Shown here: piece by piece, positions 13,362 through 23,744 of the stretch | Layout: each line of letters starts with the position of its first letter | Numbering within the stretch: position 1 is the first letter of the stretch | Origin: SAR324 cluster bacterium | GTDB taxonomy: Bacteria; SAR324; XYD2-FULL-50-16; JAERRU01 | Direction of reading: 5' to 3' | Assembly (NCBI GenBank): GCA_016735295.1 | Contig: JAERRU010000018.1 | Span: 19,774-83,773 of the forward strand | Length of the DNA stretch: 64,000 nt | Made by a program: the position numbers and the translations under genes | Notes under the pieces: model-generated | The model's input: only the letters and a program-made list of their open reading frames with translations | Database searches by the model: none | Told to the model about the DNA's origin: nothing

Positions 13362-13388
13362 TTAGCACTAATCATTGCTATTTGCTAA
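13362..13388 (+). promoter_or_regulatory. CIRCE-like HrcA operator (degenerate) upstream of hrcA
   Basis: TTAGCACTA-N9-ATTTGCTAA, against the consensus TTAGCACTC-N9-GAGTGCTAA. The left arm matches 8/9 and the right arm 6/9, and TTAGCA/TGCTAA form a perfect inverted repeat. It lies 110 bp upstream of the hrcA ATG. Confidence 0.4.
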
Positions 13389-13497
13389 CAATTACTATAA
13401 GATAATAGTTTGTTTTTTTACAAAAATTAAAATAATTTGTGATTAAAGTTAGGCTAACATTAATTTTTAATATTTTAAAAATATAACTAATATTTAT

Positions 13498-14535
13498 ATG
13501 AGCAGGTACCTAGAAGAAAGGGAAAGGTATTTCTTGATAAAAATAGTCAGTGAATATATAGAATTAGCTGAGCCCATTAGCTCTCGACATTTATCTAAAT
13601 TAGATGATGTAGATTTGTCGGCAGCAACAATTAGAAATATCATGCTGAATCTAACAGAAAAGGGATTTTTAATACAACCTCACACCTCAGCTGGTAGAAT
13701 ACCATCTGATTTAGCATACCGCATGTATGTTGATCATATTGAAGGAACAACATCATTAGAAAAAGAGCCTATATTGGATAAAGCCAATCCCTTTCATATT
13801 AATATGGGCATTGATGATATTTTAAAAGAGAGTTTGGCATTATTATCTGATGGCACTAGCTGCGCTAGTTTAGCCACTACGCCTGATCCTGCTTGTTTGA
13901 AATTAAAATCAATTGAATTTTTAAAAATATCTAGAAAGAGAGTATTAACTATTTTAGTTACTGAATCTGGGATAGTAAAAACTAAAACTATCACCCCTAG
14001 AGAAGATTTACCGGCCTTGTTTTTAACTGAGCTAGGAAGTAGTTTAACAAAATTTTATGAAGGATTACCGATAAATAAATTGCAAGATAATCTATTACAA
14101 ACCTTATCAGGAAAAGATTTTGGCTTAGATGATCACATGTTCGCTCATGCGGTTAGATTAAGCAAAAAAGCGTTAGACTGGTCACAATCATATAGTATGA
14201 TGTTGCACGGCCAAACCCATGTGATGAACTGGTTTGAGTGCACATCTAAACACGAAATTAATAAGATATGCCAAGAAATTGAAGATGGAAATAATTTGGT
14301 TAAGGCTATGGATAACCATCATCAATTAAACAGGGCATATTTTAAAATTGGTAATGAGATAAAACTTGATGTGTTAACTGAGTGTTCATTGGTAATCGCT
14401 AATTATGGAATTCATGAAGATAAAGTGGGGACTATCGGAGTGATCGGCCCAAAACGAATGGATTATAAAAAAATAGCTTCATTGGTAGAGCATTTAGCGA
14501 GCGTAATTTCTAATAATTTTCAAGATGACTATTAG
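13498..14535 (+). CDS. hrcA: Heat-inducible transcription repressor HrcA
   Basis: 345 aa with a winged-helix N-terminus and an HrcA C-domain. It is the first gene of the hrcA-grpE-dnaK-dnaJ order typical of HrcA regulons. Confidence 0.8.
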   Translation: MSRYLEERERYFLIKIVSEYIELAEPISSRHLSKLDDVDLSAATIRNIMLNLTEKGFLIQPHTSAGRIPSDLAYRMYVDHIEGTTSLEKEPILDKANPFHINMGIDDILKESLALLSDGTSCASLATTPDPACLKLKSIEFLKISRKRVLTILVTESGIVKTKTITPREDLPALFLTELGSSLTKFYEGLPINKLQDNLLQTLSGKDFGLDDHMFAHAVRLSKKALDWSQSYSMMLHGQTHVMNWFECTSKHEINKICQEIEDGNNLVKAMDNHHQLNRAYFKIGNEIKLDVLTECSLVIANYGIHEDKVGTIGVIGPKRMDYKKIASLVEHLASVISNNFQDDY

Positions 14536-14573
14536 TTAATTTTAATTAAGGGAGTACAAGTAAAAAATAAAAT

Positions 14574-15266
14574 ATGGTCAATTCAATAAAAAAAGATATA
14601 GAACCTAAAAAATCATCTGTGAAAACTAATTTTAAGCAAGATAAAAAAAAAGATATTAAAAGCACAAATAGTGTGTCAAATAATGAAGTGAAGAGTGCTA
14701 GTAATAATCAAAATAATTCCAGTAAAATTAATTCTCAAGCTAAAGATATAACAGAGGAAATTTCTAAAAATGATGAACAAATTATCACTCCAGACGCTCT
14801 TAACTTGATGAAAGAAGAAGCGGGAAAATGGAAAGACTCATATTTAAGAGGAGCGGCTGAGTTTGATAACTACAAAAAACGAAATAGAAATGAACTATCC
14901 CAAAGATTAAAATTTTCTGTTCAACCTTTAGCAGAGGGAATAATAGAATGTGTGGACGAATTAGAATTAGCAATTAATCATTTAGAAACAACAAATAAAG
15001 CGACTAAGGGTGCAAATAATGAAACTTTAAAAGGTTTGGTGATGTTATTTAACAAAATATTAGGCGTATTTAAGAGTCATAATATAGAAATAATTGATGC
15101 CAAAGGAAAATTATTTGATCCTAGCATGCACGAGGCGATGGGAGTAATTAACACTAATGATGTTCCTAATGATCATGTGTATGAGGTATTTAAGCGGGGG
15201 TATATGCTGCATGAGCGGGTGATAAGACCAGCGATAGTGCAGGTGACTAAAGCTATTGAAGATTAA
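14574..15266 (+). CDS. grpE: Nucleotide exchange factor GrpE
   Basis: C-terminal GrpE signature DPSMHEAMGVINTNDVPNDHVYEVFKRGYMLHERVIRPAIV, preceded by a coiled-coil region. Confidence 0.85.
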   Translation: MVNSIKKDIEPKKSSVKTNFKQDKKKDIKSTNSVSNNEVKSASNNQNNSSKINSQAKDITEEISKNDEQIITPDALNLMKEEAGKWKDSYLRGAAEFDNYKKRNRNELSQRLKFSVQPLAEGIIECVDELELAINHLETTNKATKGANNETLKGLVMLFNKILGVFKSHNIEIIDAKGKLFDPSMHEAMGVINTNDVPNDHVYEVFKRGYMLHERVIRPAIVQVTKAIED

Positions 15267-15334
15267 TTTATTTTTTTATCTTTTATTTTCACAATTTAAT
15301 TTAAGTAATATTTAACTATTAAAGGAGGTTTTTT

Positions 15335-17302
15335 ATGTCAAAAGTTATGGGGATTGATCTTGGCACAACAAATTCGTGTGTAGCAATTATGGACGCGGGC
15401 GAAGCTAAGGTATTGGAGAACGCAGAAGGATTAAGGACCACCCCTTCGGTGGTAGCTTTTACCGATAAAGGAGAAAGATTAATTGGTCAATTAGCGAAAA
15501 GACAAGCGATCACAAATCCCACTAAAACCATCTATTCATCGAAACGGCTAATTGGCCTTAATTTTGATATGCCAGAAGTCAAAGAAGAAATTCATAATTT
15601 AAGTTGCCCTTTAGTGAAAGGCCCAGGTGGGCAAGTGGCGATTGAGGTGGGAGATAAGAGATATTCACCATCTGAAATAGGTGCGTTTATATTACAAAAG
15701 ATGCGTCAAACTGTAGAAGATTATTTAGGTCATGAAGTGACTGACGCAGTTATTACTGTTCCGGCATATTTCAACGATTCACAAAGGCAAGCCACCAAAG
15801 ATGCGGGCAAGATAGCAGGGCTTAATGTTCTTCGCATTATCAATGAACCAACGGCGGCAGCTTTGGCTTATGGTTTAGATAAAAAGAAGGATCAACTAAT
15901 AGTGGTCTTTGATTTAGGCGGTGGCACATTTGATGTCTCAGTATTAGAAATCGGCGATGGGGTATTTGAAGTTAAGGCCACAAATGGAGATACACATTTA
16001 GGTGGTGAGGATTTTGATGCAAAAATTATCAGTTATTTAAATAGCGAATTCTTAAAAGAGCACGGAATCGATTTAAAAAAAGATAAAATGGCTTTGCAAA
16101 GATTAAAAGAGGCCGCAGAAAAAGCTAAGCATGAGTTATCATCATCAATGGAAACTAATATTAATCTACCTTTCATCACAGCAGATCAAGCGGGTCCTAA
16201 GCATTTAGATATAAAATTAACTAGGGGAAAATTAGAACAGCTCACTGAAGATTTAATCAAGCGATGTTTGAAGCCCATGAAAATGGCACTAAAAGATGCT
16301 GGAGTAACTACTAGTGATATAAGCGAGACTATTTTGGTGGGTGGCATGACTAGAATGCCTAAGGTCATTAAAACGGTTGAAGATTTTTTTGGTAAGCCTC
16401 CGCATAGAGGAGTTAATCCTGATGAAGTAGTAGCAATAGGAGCGGCTATTCAGGGTGGTGTATTAAAAGGGGATGTAAAAAATGTACTCCTTTTAGATGT
16501 AACCCCTTTATCTCTAGGAATAGAGACTTTAGGTGGCATAATGACCAAGCTCATTGAACGAAATACTACTGTTCCCACCAAGAAGAGCCAAGTATTTTCT
16601 ACCGCAACAGACAATCAACCTGCGGTTAGCATACATGTACTGCAAGGTGAAAGAGAGATGTCTACTGATAATAAAACTATTGGTCGTTTTGAATTAGTAG
16701 GGGTAGCTCAAGCACCAAGGGGAGTTCCTCAAATTGAGGTAGGCTTTGATATTGACGCTAATGGTATTTTAAATGTTTCGGCTAAAGATTTAGGCACAGG
16801 CAAGGAGCAAAAGATTAAAATAACCGCATCTAGTGGATTGAGCGAGAAAGATATTGAAAGAATGGTGGAAGAATCAGAAAAATTTGCTGATGAAGATAAG
16901 AAAAAACGCCAACTTATCGATCTTAATAATCAGGCTGAATCAGCTATCTATAATTGTGAAAAATCCTTAACTGAAAATAAGGATAAAATTGATGAAGAGC
17001 AGACCAAAGGGATTAATGATAAAATTGAGGATTTAAAACAGGTTTTAGACTCTGGTGATGCTAAAATAATAGAAGAAAAAATAGAAATTTTGAATAAGGA
17101 ATTTCATAAAATTTCTGAAAAACTATATGCTAATCAGGCTCCACCTCAACCTGAAGGTAGTGCAGATAAGGGTGATAGCAAAGAAAATGCTGATAATGCT
17201 AATAGCGGTACTGATAATAAAGGTGAGGGCAATAAAGCAGATGATGACGATAATATAATTGACGCTGATTTTGAAGAGGTTAAAAAGAAAGAAGATAATT
17301 AA
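15335..17302 (+). CDS. dnaK: Molecular chaperone DnaK (Hsp70)
   Basis: [23 protein letters not shown] and [15 protein letters not shown] Hsp70 signatures. 655 aa. Confidence 0.95.
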   Translation: MSKVMGIDLGTTNSCVAIMDAGEAKVLENAEGLRTTPSVVAFTDKGERLIGQLAKRQAITNPTKTIYSSKRLIGLNFDMPEVKEEIHNLSCPLVKGPGGQVAIEVGDKRYSPSEIGAFILQKMRQTVEDYLGHEVTDAVITVPAYFNDSQRQATKDAGKIAGLNVLRIINEPTAAALAYGLDKKKDQLIVVFDLGGGTFDVSVLEIGDGVFEVKATNGDTHLGGEDFDAKIISYLNSEFLKEHGIDLKKDKMALQRLKEAAEKAKHELSSSMETNINLPFITADQAGPKHLDIKLTRGKLEQLTEDLIKRCLKPMKMALKDAGVTTSDISETILVGGMTRMPKVIKTVEDFFGKPPHRGVNPDEVVAIGAAIQGGVLKGDVKNVLLLDVTPLSLGIETLGGIMTKLIERNTTVPTKKSQVFSTATDNQPAVSIHVLQGEREMSTDNKTIGRFELVGVAQAPRGVPQIEVGFDIDANGILNVSAKDLGTGKEQKIKITASSGLSEKDIERMVEESEKFADEDKKKRQLIDLNNQAESAIYNCEKSLTENKDKIDEEQTKGINDKIEDLKQVLDSGDAKIIEEKIEILNKEFHKISEKLYANQAPPQPEGSADKGDSKENADNANSGTDNKGEGNKADDDDNIIDADFEEVKKKEDN

Positions 17303-17398
17303 TCAATAGTTTTTTTTGATTAACTACTTTTAATTGACCACTTTCATTGGCTTAAGGATATTAGATATATTTAAAAATTTATGAATAGGAAATAAAAA

Positions 17399-18535
17399 TT
17401 GTCACAAAAAAGAGATTACTATGAGGTTTTAGGGGTATCTAGAGAAGCTAGTGCTAATGAAATTAAGCGGGCTTATCGCTCGATGGCATTAAAATATCAT
17501 CCAGATAAAAATCCTGATAATAAAAAAGCTGAACAGTTATTCCGTGAAGCAGCTGAGGCTTATGAAGTTTTATCTAACAATAAAACTAAAGCTAAGTATG
17601 ATCAATATGGCCATGCGTCGGTTGGATTTGGTTCGGATCATGATCCTTTTCAGTCTTTTAGTGGGTCTGATATATTTCAAGAGATCTTTGGTGAATTTGG
17701 TGATGCTTTTGGTTTTTCTGGATCTAGATCAAGAAGAGGCCAAGGCGAGAGAGGGAGTGATCTTAGATATAATATGGAACTAACTTTTGAGCAGGCAGTA
17801 TTTGGCCATACCACTGAAATTAATATACCAAAATTATCAGTTTGTGATTCATGCATGGGCAGTGGGGCGCGCAAAGCTTCTGATAAGGTTGTTTGCCCAG
17901 AATGCCGCGGATCGGGGCAGACTAGGATTCAGCAGGGCTTTTTCCAAATGTCGGCAACTTGTCGCCGATGTGCGGGAAGTGGGGAAATTGTTAAGGAGCC
18001 TTGTTTAACATGTAATGGCCAAGGAAGAATCAATGCTAAAAAGAAATTAAAGGTTGATATACCAGCTGGGATTGATAACAACGTTAAGCTTAGAATTTCC
18101 TCTGAAGGAGAGGCGGGCACTAATGGAGGGCCATCTGGTGATCTTTATGTGGCAATTTATGTGAAAGAACATGAATTTTTTTCTAGGAAGGGAATAGATT
18201 TAGTTTGCGATGTTCCTATATCGTTTAGTCAGGCTTCTTTGGGAGATAATTTACGAATACCTACTTTGGAGGGGGAGACTAAATTAGTTATTCCGGCGGG
18301 AACACAAAGCGGGCAGATATTTAGATTAAAAAATAAAGGCGTTCAAGAAATTAATACAAGAAGGCGTGGTAATCTTTTAGTAAAGGTGATAGTGGAAATT
18401 CCTACTAACTTAGATAAGGGGCAAAAGGAAAAGTTAAGTGATTTTCAAGAATCTTTAAATAGTGAATCTACACCTATAATGAATAATTTTCTTAATCGAA
18501 CTAAGGAGATATTTGAAAAACACCAAAACAATTAA
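17399..18535 (+). CDS. dnaJ: Molecular chaperone DnaJ
   Basis: J-domain with HPDKN, a G/F-rich region, four CxxCxGxG zinc-finger repeats and a C-terminal substrate-binding domain. Confidence 0.9.
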   Translation: MSQKRDYYEVLGVSREASANEIKRAYRSMALKYHPDKNPDNKKAEQLFREAAEAYEVLSNNKTKAKYDQYGHASVGFGSDHDPFQSFSGSDIFQEIFGEFGDAFGFSGSRSRRGQGERGSDLRYNMELTFEQAVFGHTTEINIPKLSVCDSCMGSGARKASDKVVCPECRGSGQTRIQQGFFQMSATCRRCAGSGEIVKEPCLTCNGQGRINAKKKLKVDIPAGIDNNVKLRISSEGEAGTNGGPSGDLYVAIYVKEHEFFSRKGIDLVCDVPISFSQASLGDNLRIPTLEGETKLVIPAGTQSGQIFRLKNKGVQEINTRRRGNLLVKVIVEIPTNLDKGQKEKLSDFQESLNSESTPIMNNFLNRTKEIFEKHQNN

Positions 18536-18547
18536 TGAGGTAAGCGT

Positions 18548-20449
18548 ATGATTTTTTTGAAACTTTTAGGGGCCATATTATTTACTATATTTACCGTATT
18601 AATTTGTGGTTGGGCTATTTTTCTGCCGAGATCGTTAAAATTAAAGCTAATCACTCCTATCGCTAGCCGGTGGGCTGATTTACTTGCTAGGAGCATACTG
18701 GGCGTTAAGGTGGTAACATCTGGAGGTGAGCATATTCCTAAATCTCATAAAGGATATGTTAGTGTGAGCAATCATTTGTCTTTGATTGATCCATTATTAG
18801 TGCTTTCCACATTAAAAAGCCCTTTTTTAATTAAATCATCTTTATTATTTACTCCTTTTGGTTGGGGAGCTTTTATATCTGGCTCTATTCATGTAAATCG
18901 CTCTCAGACTAAGGGTCATCTAAAAATCATTAATAAGGTTATTGATGTGTCTACCAGGTGGCGGGCGGTGCATATTTTTCCTGAAGGAACCAGATCACCT
19001 GATGGAAAGATTGCTAAATTTAAAAGGGGAACACTAAAGATGGTTTATAAAAAGAATTTACCAGTTTTAGTATCAGGATTATGGGGTACTAACCATATAC
19101 TACCAAAAGGTAGCCTATCGCTAAAATCAGCTGCTTTAGCTGTTATTACTGTTAGGGGAATCGTTAAATCTAAAGACTTTTCATCGGCTAATGATTTTAT
19201 TGATGAAGTAGAAAAGCAAGTTGGTTTAGCGGTTAAAAATAGTAAATCGATTTTTGATAAGCAGGGCGTATCAAAAAAAACTAAGGTGAAAAGTAATGCT
19301 AAAAAAAGCGATTATCAACAAAAAATCGAAAAATTAGCTACTAGCGGGCAAAGTTATGCCAAAAAAGCTTTACACAAAACTACCAACTTATCTTCTAAAG
19401 TTAAGCAAAAAGCGTCCACACTAGCTGATCCAAAGCTTCTTAAAAATACTCTCGCTTACGCTAGCGGCGTTAAAAATAAGGCTAAAACAAAATCGGCAAA
19501 AGCCTCTAAAGAAGGTCTAGGTTTATTAGCTTCAACTAATGAGTACCTTGGTAAATTAACCGATAAGGCTATTGATAAGGTAAATGAATTGCCAAAAACG
19601 TCTAAAAAGTTAGAACACTCTGCTAAAGGCTATGTTGCTGCTGCTAAACGAAAAACTAAAAAAGAAATGGCTGAGCTCCCTAAAAAAGCCAAGCTCCTTT
19701 ACAAAACTGCTAATAAATCTATGGAGACTGTTGGTGGAAACATTAAAACAAGATCTAAACGGGTGCAAAAATCCCTATCTAGTATTGCTGTAGAAACATC
19801 AAGTCAATTTAAAAAAATTCCAGGAAAAACTGATCAACTTTATCAAACATCCACTGATTCTTTTAAAAAATTAGGCAAAGCATCTAAAGCTAGTTTAAAA
19901 ACTGTGGAGAAAAAATTAGCTAAAGGTTTGTCTAAATCTAAATCAGCTATGGGTTCCGCTGGAGCAGATAATATTAATAGTGAAACAGAATTTTATAGTA
20001 GTTTAAGTTCTATTATTGGGAAAATTCACCTAGTATCAAAAGCTGATGAAATGGTGTCTATTAGCTTTACTAAACCTGCTGGAAGAAAATTTTCAGATGG
20101 CAAACACCTAGCTATTATAAAAAAGGTTAAAAAACAATTAAATGAATATTTTAAAGGTACTCGGCAAAAATTTGAAATAGACTATAAATTTGCAGGATCT
20201 AATAAATATTGGGATATTTGGCAAGAAATGATCAATATTCCTTATGGAGAAACTATTAGTTATAAAGAATTAGGAGAAAAGGTTACGCCCCATATGCATC
20301 CACGAGTGGTGGGCATAGCTGCGGGTAAAAACTATTTCCCTGTGATCATCCCCTGCCACCGAATAATAGGTAATGATGGCGGCTTGCAGGGATACGCTGG
20401 AGGTTTAAAAAACAAACGTATCTTGCTGAATTTAGAAAAAAATAGTTAA
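18548..20449 (+). CDS. Three-part fusion: N-terminal membrane 1-acyl-sn-glycerol-3-phosphate acyltransferase-like (PlsC/LPLAT) domain, ~235-aa Lys/Ala/Ser-rich histone-H1-like linker, and C-terminal complete methylated-DNA-protein-cysteine methyltransferase (Ogt/MGMT)
   Basis: LPLAT motifs: NHLSLIDP (HX4D), GSIHVNR, FPEGTRSPDG and LPVLVSG. The middle is a low-complexity K-rich segment. The C-terminus reads KQLNEYFKGTRQKFEIDY...YWDIWQEMINIPYGETISYKELGEKV...PRVVGIAAGKNYFPVIIPCHRIIGNDGGLQGYAGGLKNKRILLNLE, which aligns to the Ada/Ogt C-terminal domain including the PCHR acceptor Cys (nt ~20351-20362). It is a single 1.9-kb ORF in an AT-rich genome, so the frame is genuinely maintained. It starts 12 bp after the dnaJ stop. 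Confidence 0.7.
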   Translation: MIFLKLLGAILFTIFTVLICGWAIFLPRSLKLKLITPIASRWADLLARSILGVKVVTSGGEHIPKSHKGYVSVSNHLSLIDPLLVLSTLKSPFLIKSSLLFTPFGWGAFISGSIHVNRSQTKGHLKIINKVIDVSTRWRAVHIFPEGTRSPDGKIAKFKRGTLKMVYKKNLPVLVSGLWGTNHILPKGSLSLKSAALAVITVRGIVKSKDFSSANDFIDEVEKQVGLAVKNSKSIFDKQGVSKKTKVKSNAKKSDYQQKIEKLATSGQSYAKKALHKTTNLSSKVKQKASTLADPKLLKNTLAYASGVKNKAKTKSAKASKEGLGLLASTNEYLGKLTDKAIDKVNELPKTSKKLEHSAKGYVAAAKRKTKKEMAELPKKAKLLYKTANKSMETVGGNIKTRSKRVQKSLSSIAVETSSQFKKIPGKTDQLYQTSTDSFKKLGKASKASLKTVEKKLAKGLSKSKSAMGSAGADNINSETEFYSSLSSIIGKIHLVSKADEMVSISFTKPAGRKFSDGKHLAIIKKVKKQLNEYFKGTRQKFEIDYKFAGSNKYWDIWQEMINIPYGETISYKELGEKVTPHMHPRVVGIAAGKNYFPVIIPCHRIIGNDGGLQGYAGGLKNKRILLNLEKNS

Positions 20450-20476
20450 AAGTAGATCGCTAACAGATTAATTAAA

Positions 20477-21691
20477 TTAATCTTGGGGCTGATTTAAATT
20501 TTTGATTATATAGGGCAAAGCATTAAGTTTAATAAATCCATTCGCATCTTCGGGGTTATAATTGCTTTGATTTTTTTCCATAGAGGCGATATCAAAATCA
20601 TAAAGACTAGTTTTTGATGAGCGGCCTAAAGTTATAACATTACCCTTATAAATTTCTAATCTGACTTGCCCATTTACTGATTTTTGTGAATTTTTAACTA
20701 AATCCAGCAGTAAAGACATTTGAGGGGTAAACCAATACCCATTATAGACTAAATCAGAAAATCTAGATAGCAAAGAATCCTTAAGTTCTATTACATCGCG
20801 AGTTAAAGTAATAGATTCTATTTGCCGATGCGCCTGCATTAATATGGTGCCTCCCGGCGTTTCATATACTCCTCTTGATTTCATACCGATAAATCGTGAT
20901 TCCACCAAATCCACTCGGCCGACACCGTTATCACCGCCTAGTTGGTTAAGTTTTGTTAACATTTCAACTAGGTTTAGGTCTTTCCCATTAAGTTTAACTG
21001 GCACACCTTTAACAAAATCTATGGTAATAACAGTACCTTTATTTGGGGCGTCTTGAGGAGATTTAGTCATTTCAAACATTTCTGGCGGGGGTTTTTTATT
21101 AGGATCTTCTAATAATCCGGCCTCAAAACTTATATGCATCAAATTTTCATCGCTGCTCCACGGCTGTTCTTTAGTTACCTTAACTTTTATATCATGTTTG
21201 GCGGCGTAGTCTAAAAGTTCCTTTCTGCCTGGATAATTTTGATAAAATTCAGCCATCTTCCAAGGAGCAATTATCTTAATATTAGGATTAAGAATAAGAT
21301 AGCTCATCTCAAATCTGGCCTGATCATTTCCCTTGCCCGTGGCACCGTGAGAAACATATTTAGCTCCCTTACTATTGGCTATCTCAATTTGTTTTTGAGC
21401 GATTAGTGGCCTGGCCATAGCTGTACCCAATAAATAGCTACCCTCATATAAAGCGTTCATTTGCAAGCATGGCAAGAAAAAATTATCAACAAACTCATGC
21501 TTAATATCCACCACTAAAGCCTCGGCTGCTCCTGACGTTTTGGCTGTGTTTATCACTCTTTGCCAATCATCAACTTTTTGTCCAACATCAAAACAAACAG
21601 CTATCACTGAAAACCCTTTGCTATTTAACCAATGAACAATCACTGAAGTATCTAATCCACCGGAATAGGCTAATACAACTTTTTCTTTCAT
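20477..21691 (-). CDS. argG: Argininosuccinate synthase
   Basis: N-terminal AYSGGLDTS PP-loop. 404 aa, type I ArgG. Confidence 0.9.
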   Translation of the reverse strand: MKEKVVLAYSGGLDTSVIVHWLNSKGFSVIAVCFDVGQKVDDWQRVINTAKTSGAAEALVVDIKHEFVDNFFLPCLQMNALYEGSYLLGTAMARPLIAQKQIEIANSKGAKYVSHGATGKGNDQARFEMSYLILNPNIKIIAPWKMAEFYQNYPGRKELLDYAAKHDIKVKVTKEQPWSSDENLMHISFEAGLLEDPNKKPPPEMFEMTKSPQDAPNKGTVITIDFVKGVPVKLNGKDLNLVEMLTKLNQLGGDNGVGRVDLVESRFIGMKSRGVYETPGGTILMQAHRQIESITLTRDVIELKDSLLSRFSDLVYNGYWFTPQMSLLLDLVKNSQKSVNGQVRLEIYKGNVITLGRSSKTSLYDFDIASMEKNQSNYNPEDANGFIKLNALPYIIKNLNQPQD

Positions 21692-21704
21692 TTTTTTTTT
21701 GAAA

Positions 21705-21752
21705 AAATTAAATTAAATTAAATTAAATTGAATTAAATCAAATCAAATCAAA
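21705..21752. repeat. Pentanucleotide microsatellites (AAATT)5 followed by (AAATC)3 in the argG / lipoprotein divergent intergenic region
   Basis: Seen directly as aaatt aaatt aaatt aaatt aaatt gaatt aaatc aaatc aaatc aaac, beginning 14 bp upstream of the argG start codon. Confidence 0.6.
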
Positions 21753-21961
21753 CATAATCCACCACCAATCAAAGCAAGTTGATATATTATTGATATATTA
21801 TGTTTATGTTTGTAATTTATATTTATATCTATACTATGCTAGCTTTAACCTATTATGACTTTAAAGTAAGCAAAAACTTGCCAGAAAAGCTAAATATACG
21901 TAATTTACTAATTCGCGAGCTATTAGCGGTTAATTTAATTTGCATATTATAATATATTTAC

Positions 21962-22720
21962 ATGCCTTCCACATTATTTAACCTGTCTTTTATTACTCTA
22001 TTAGGGGCGTCTTTGCTGTTTTTGAGCGGTTGCTCTCAGCCTAAGCCTGATCCTGGCTCTTTGAAAGAATTTTACGAGTATAGCCTGCGAACATCAGAGT
22101 CTAACCCCTATCAAACGGATGTATTAAATGATTTTAGAACTATCATAGAAACATATCCAGGCACTAAGTTTGCTAGTTTATCTTCATTAAGATTGGCGGA
22201 ATTATCTTTTAATGGGTTATCTAGCACTTTTAATGAGGATAAACAACTTAAAAATATTGAGCTTTTCTATCGTTCTTTTTTGATTCAAAATCCTAATCAC
22301 ATTTTGATTCCTTATGTGTTATCACGTTTGATGCAGGTGGCCTATATCAAAAGTATAAATGGATTATTTGTAGTTGGCACTGATCCGCAGCCCTATGAGG
22401 ATAGTTTGCAGATTTTTAATAATTTCCAACTACTATTTCCTAATAGTATTTATTTTGATGAGGTGCAGTATTTTGCTAAATTTTCTAGTCACAAGCTAGC
22501 AAAACACGAAGAATCTATTGGAGATTGGTATTTTGAGCAGCAAAATTATGCTGTTGCTATTAGCCGTTATCTTTATGTTTTAAAGAATTTTCCTGATTAT
22601 TCTGATAAGAAAGAATTATCAAAAAAGCTTATCAATTCTTTTAAGAAGAATTTACAATTTGATCTAGTTACCCAATATCAAAAATTTTATGAAGAACTTT
22701 ATGATTCTCCCGGAAGTTAA
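21962..22720 (+). CDS. BamD (YfiO/ComL)-like outer-membrane assembly lipoprotein
   Basis: Signal peptide plus lipobox LSGCSQ. The C-terminal half (LFPNSIYFDEVQYFAKFSSHKLAKHEESIGDWYFEQQNYAVAISRYLYVLKNFPDY) resembles the BamD TPR-like core. Assigned from remembered family features. Confidence 0.45.
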   Translation: MPSTLFNLSFITLLGASLLFLSGCSQPKPDPGSLKEFYEYSLRTSESNPYQTDVLNDFRTIIETYPGTKFASLSSLRLAELSFNGLSSTFNEDKQLKNIELFYRSFLIQNPNHILIPYVLSRLMQVAYIKSINGLFVVGTDPQPYEDSLQIFNNFQLLFPNSIYFDEVQYFAKFSSHKLAKHEESIGDWYFEQQNYAVAISRYLYVLKNFPDYSDKKELSKKLINSFKKNLQFDLVTQYQKFYEELYDSPGS

Positions 22721-23729
22721 TTATTTTAAAGCTATTCAACCGATTATATATTTTAAATTAATTATCATTGTTGCCAGTATATTTTTAAGCAATAGTTGTT
22801 CTCAAGCCTCTTATTCTGATGAAGTTGGTTTCACTAAAATAGCCACAAAAAAACCTGTTAATAATATAAATCCTTCAGAGTGGGTGGTAATTAGTAAAAA
22901 AGACTATAAAGCTATTCAAAATAATGTCCATCGTTTAGAAAAATCTTTATCTAGCCTCAATAAGGACCATCTTAAGGTGACTGATAAACACCAAAAAGAG
23001 CTGTCTCAAAATGATAAAAAGATTGCCGATTTAAAAATATTAGTTGGAGCTTTACGAAGTAAAATCAACATCAATATAATACAAAATACTCCCAATAACA
23101 CTAATGACAGCCTATTTAGCACAAAACCTAAAGAAGTTGATTCCGCCAGTTTGGGGCGAATGGATAGTAAAAAAGGGCTGCTCCTGCCCTCATCATCTCA
23201 AAAAAACGTTGATGAGCCTATTGTAGATAGTAGCGGTGCTAATAGCAGCGACTCACAAAACGCTAAGAAAAGATTTGTAATAGATTATAATGATCCTGAT
23301 TTGATAAACCCTGCCGTTCCTTTAATTTTAGTGAATGCTGAAGGGGCTCAAATCGAATATACTAAAGCTTATGGGACATACTTAAAAAATGATTATCCTA
23401 GTGCGATCAGGATGTTTAGTAATTTTTTGGAGCGATTTTCTACCGATCAATATAGCCATAATGCCGAATATTGGCTTGGTATGTCTTATTTTAATCTTAA
23501 CAAGTTAGATTTTGCGGAAAAACATTTTCGTAATGTATTAAGAAAATTTACTCATCTTGATAGCCTAAAAGGATATAAAACACCAAATACTATCTATATG
23601 CTGGGCAACATATATGAAAGATTAGATGATATCCCTAAAAGCCGATATTACTATTGGAAAGTGGTAGAATTATTCCCTAAAACGGCTAGTGCAAGCAATG
23701 CCAGAGCGAAATTGACCAGTAATAATTAA
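22689..23729 (+). CDS. Coiled-coil plus C-terminal TPR envelope protein (CpoB/YbgF-like), lipoprotein-type signal
   Basis: Signal peptide with LSNSCSQ. A central coiled-coil (KELSQNDKKIADLKILVGALRSKI). The C-terminus AEYWLGMSYFNL...YMLGNIYERLDD...YYYWKVVELFPKT resembles the TPR domain of Tol-Pal CpoB. The start may instead be the Met at 22701. Confidence 0.4.
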   Translation: MKNFMILPEVNYFKAIQPIIYFKLIIIVASIFLSNSCSQASYSDEVGFTKIATKKPVNNINPSEWVVISKKDYKAIQNNVHRLEKSLSSLNKDHLKVTDKHQKELSQNDKKIADLKILVGALRSKININIIQNTPNNTNDSLFSTKPKEVDSASLGRMDSKKGLLLPSSSQKNVDEPIVDSSGANSSDSQNAKKRFVIDYNDPDLINPAVPLILVNAEGAQIEYTKAYGTYLKNDYPSAIRMFSNFLERFSTDQYSHNAEYWLGMSYFNLNKLDFAEKHFRNVLRKFTHLDSLKGYKTPNTIYMLGNIYERLDDIPKSRYYYWKVVELFPKTASASNARAKLTSNN

Positions 23730-23744
23730 TAATCATTAGATAGT

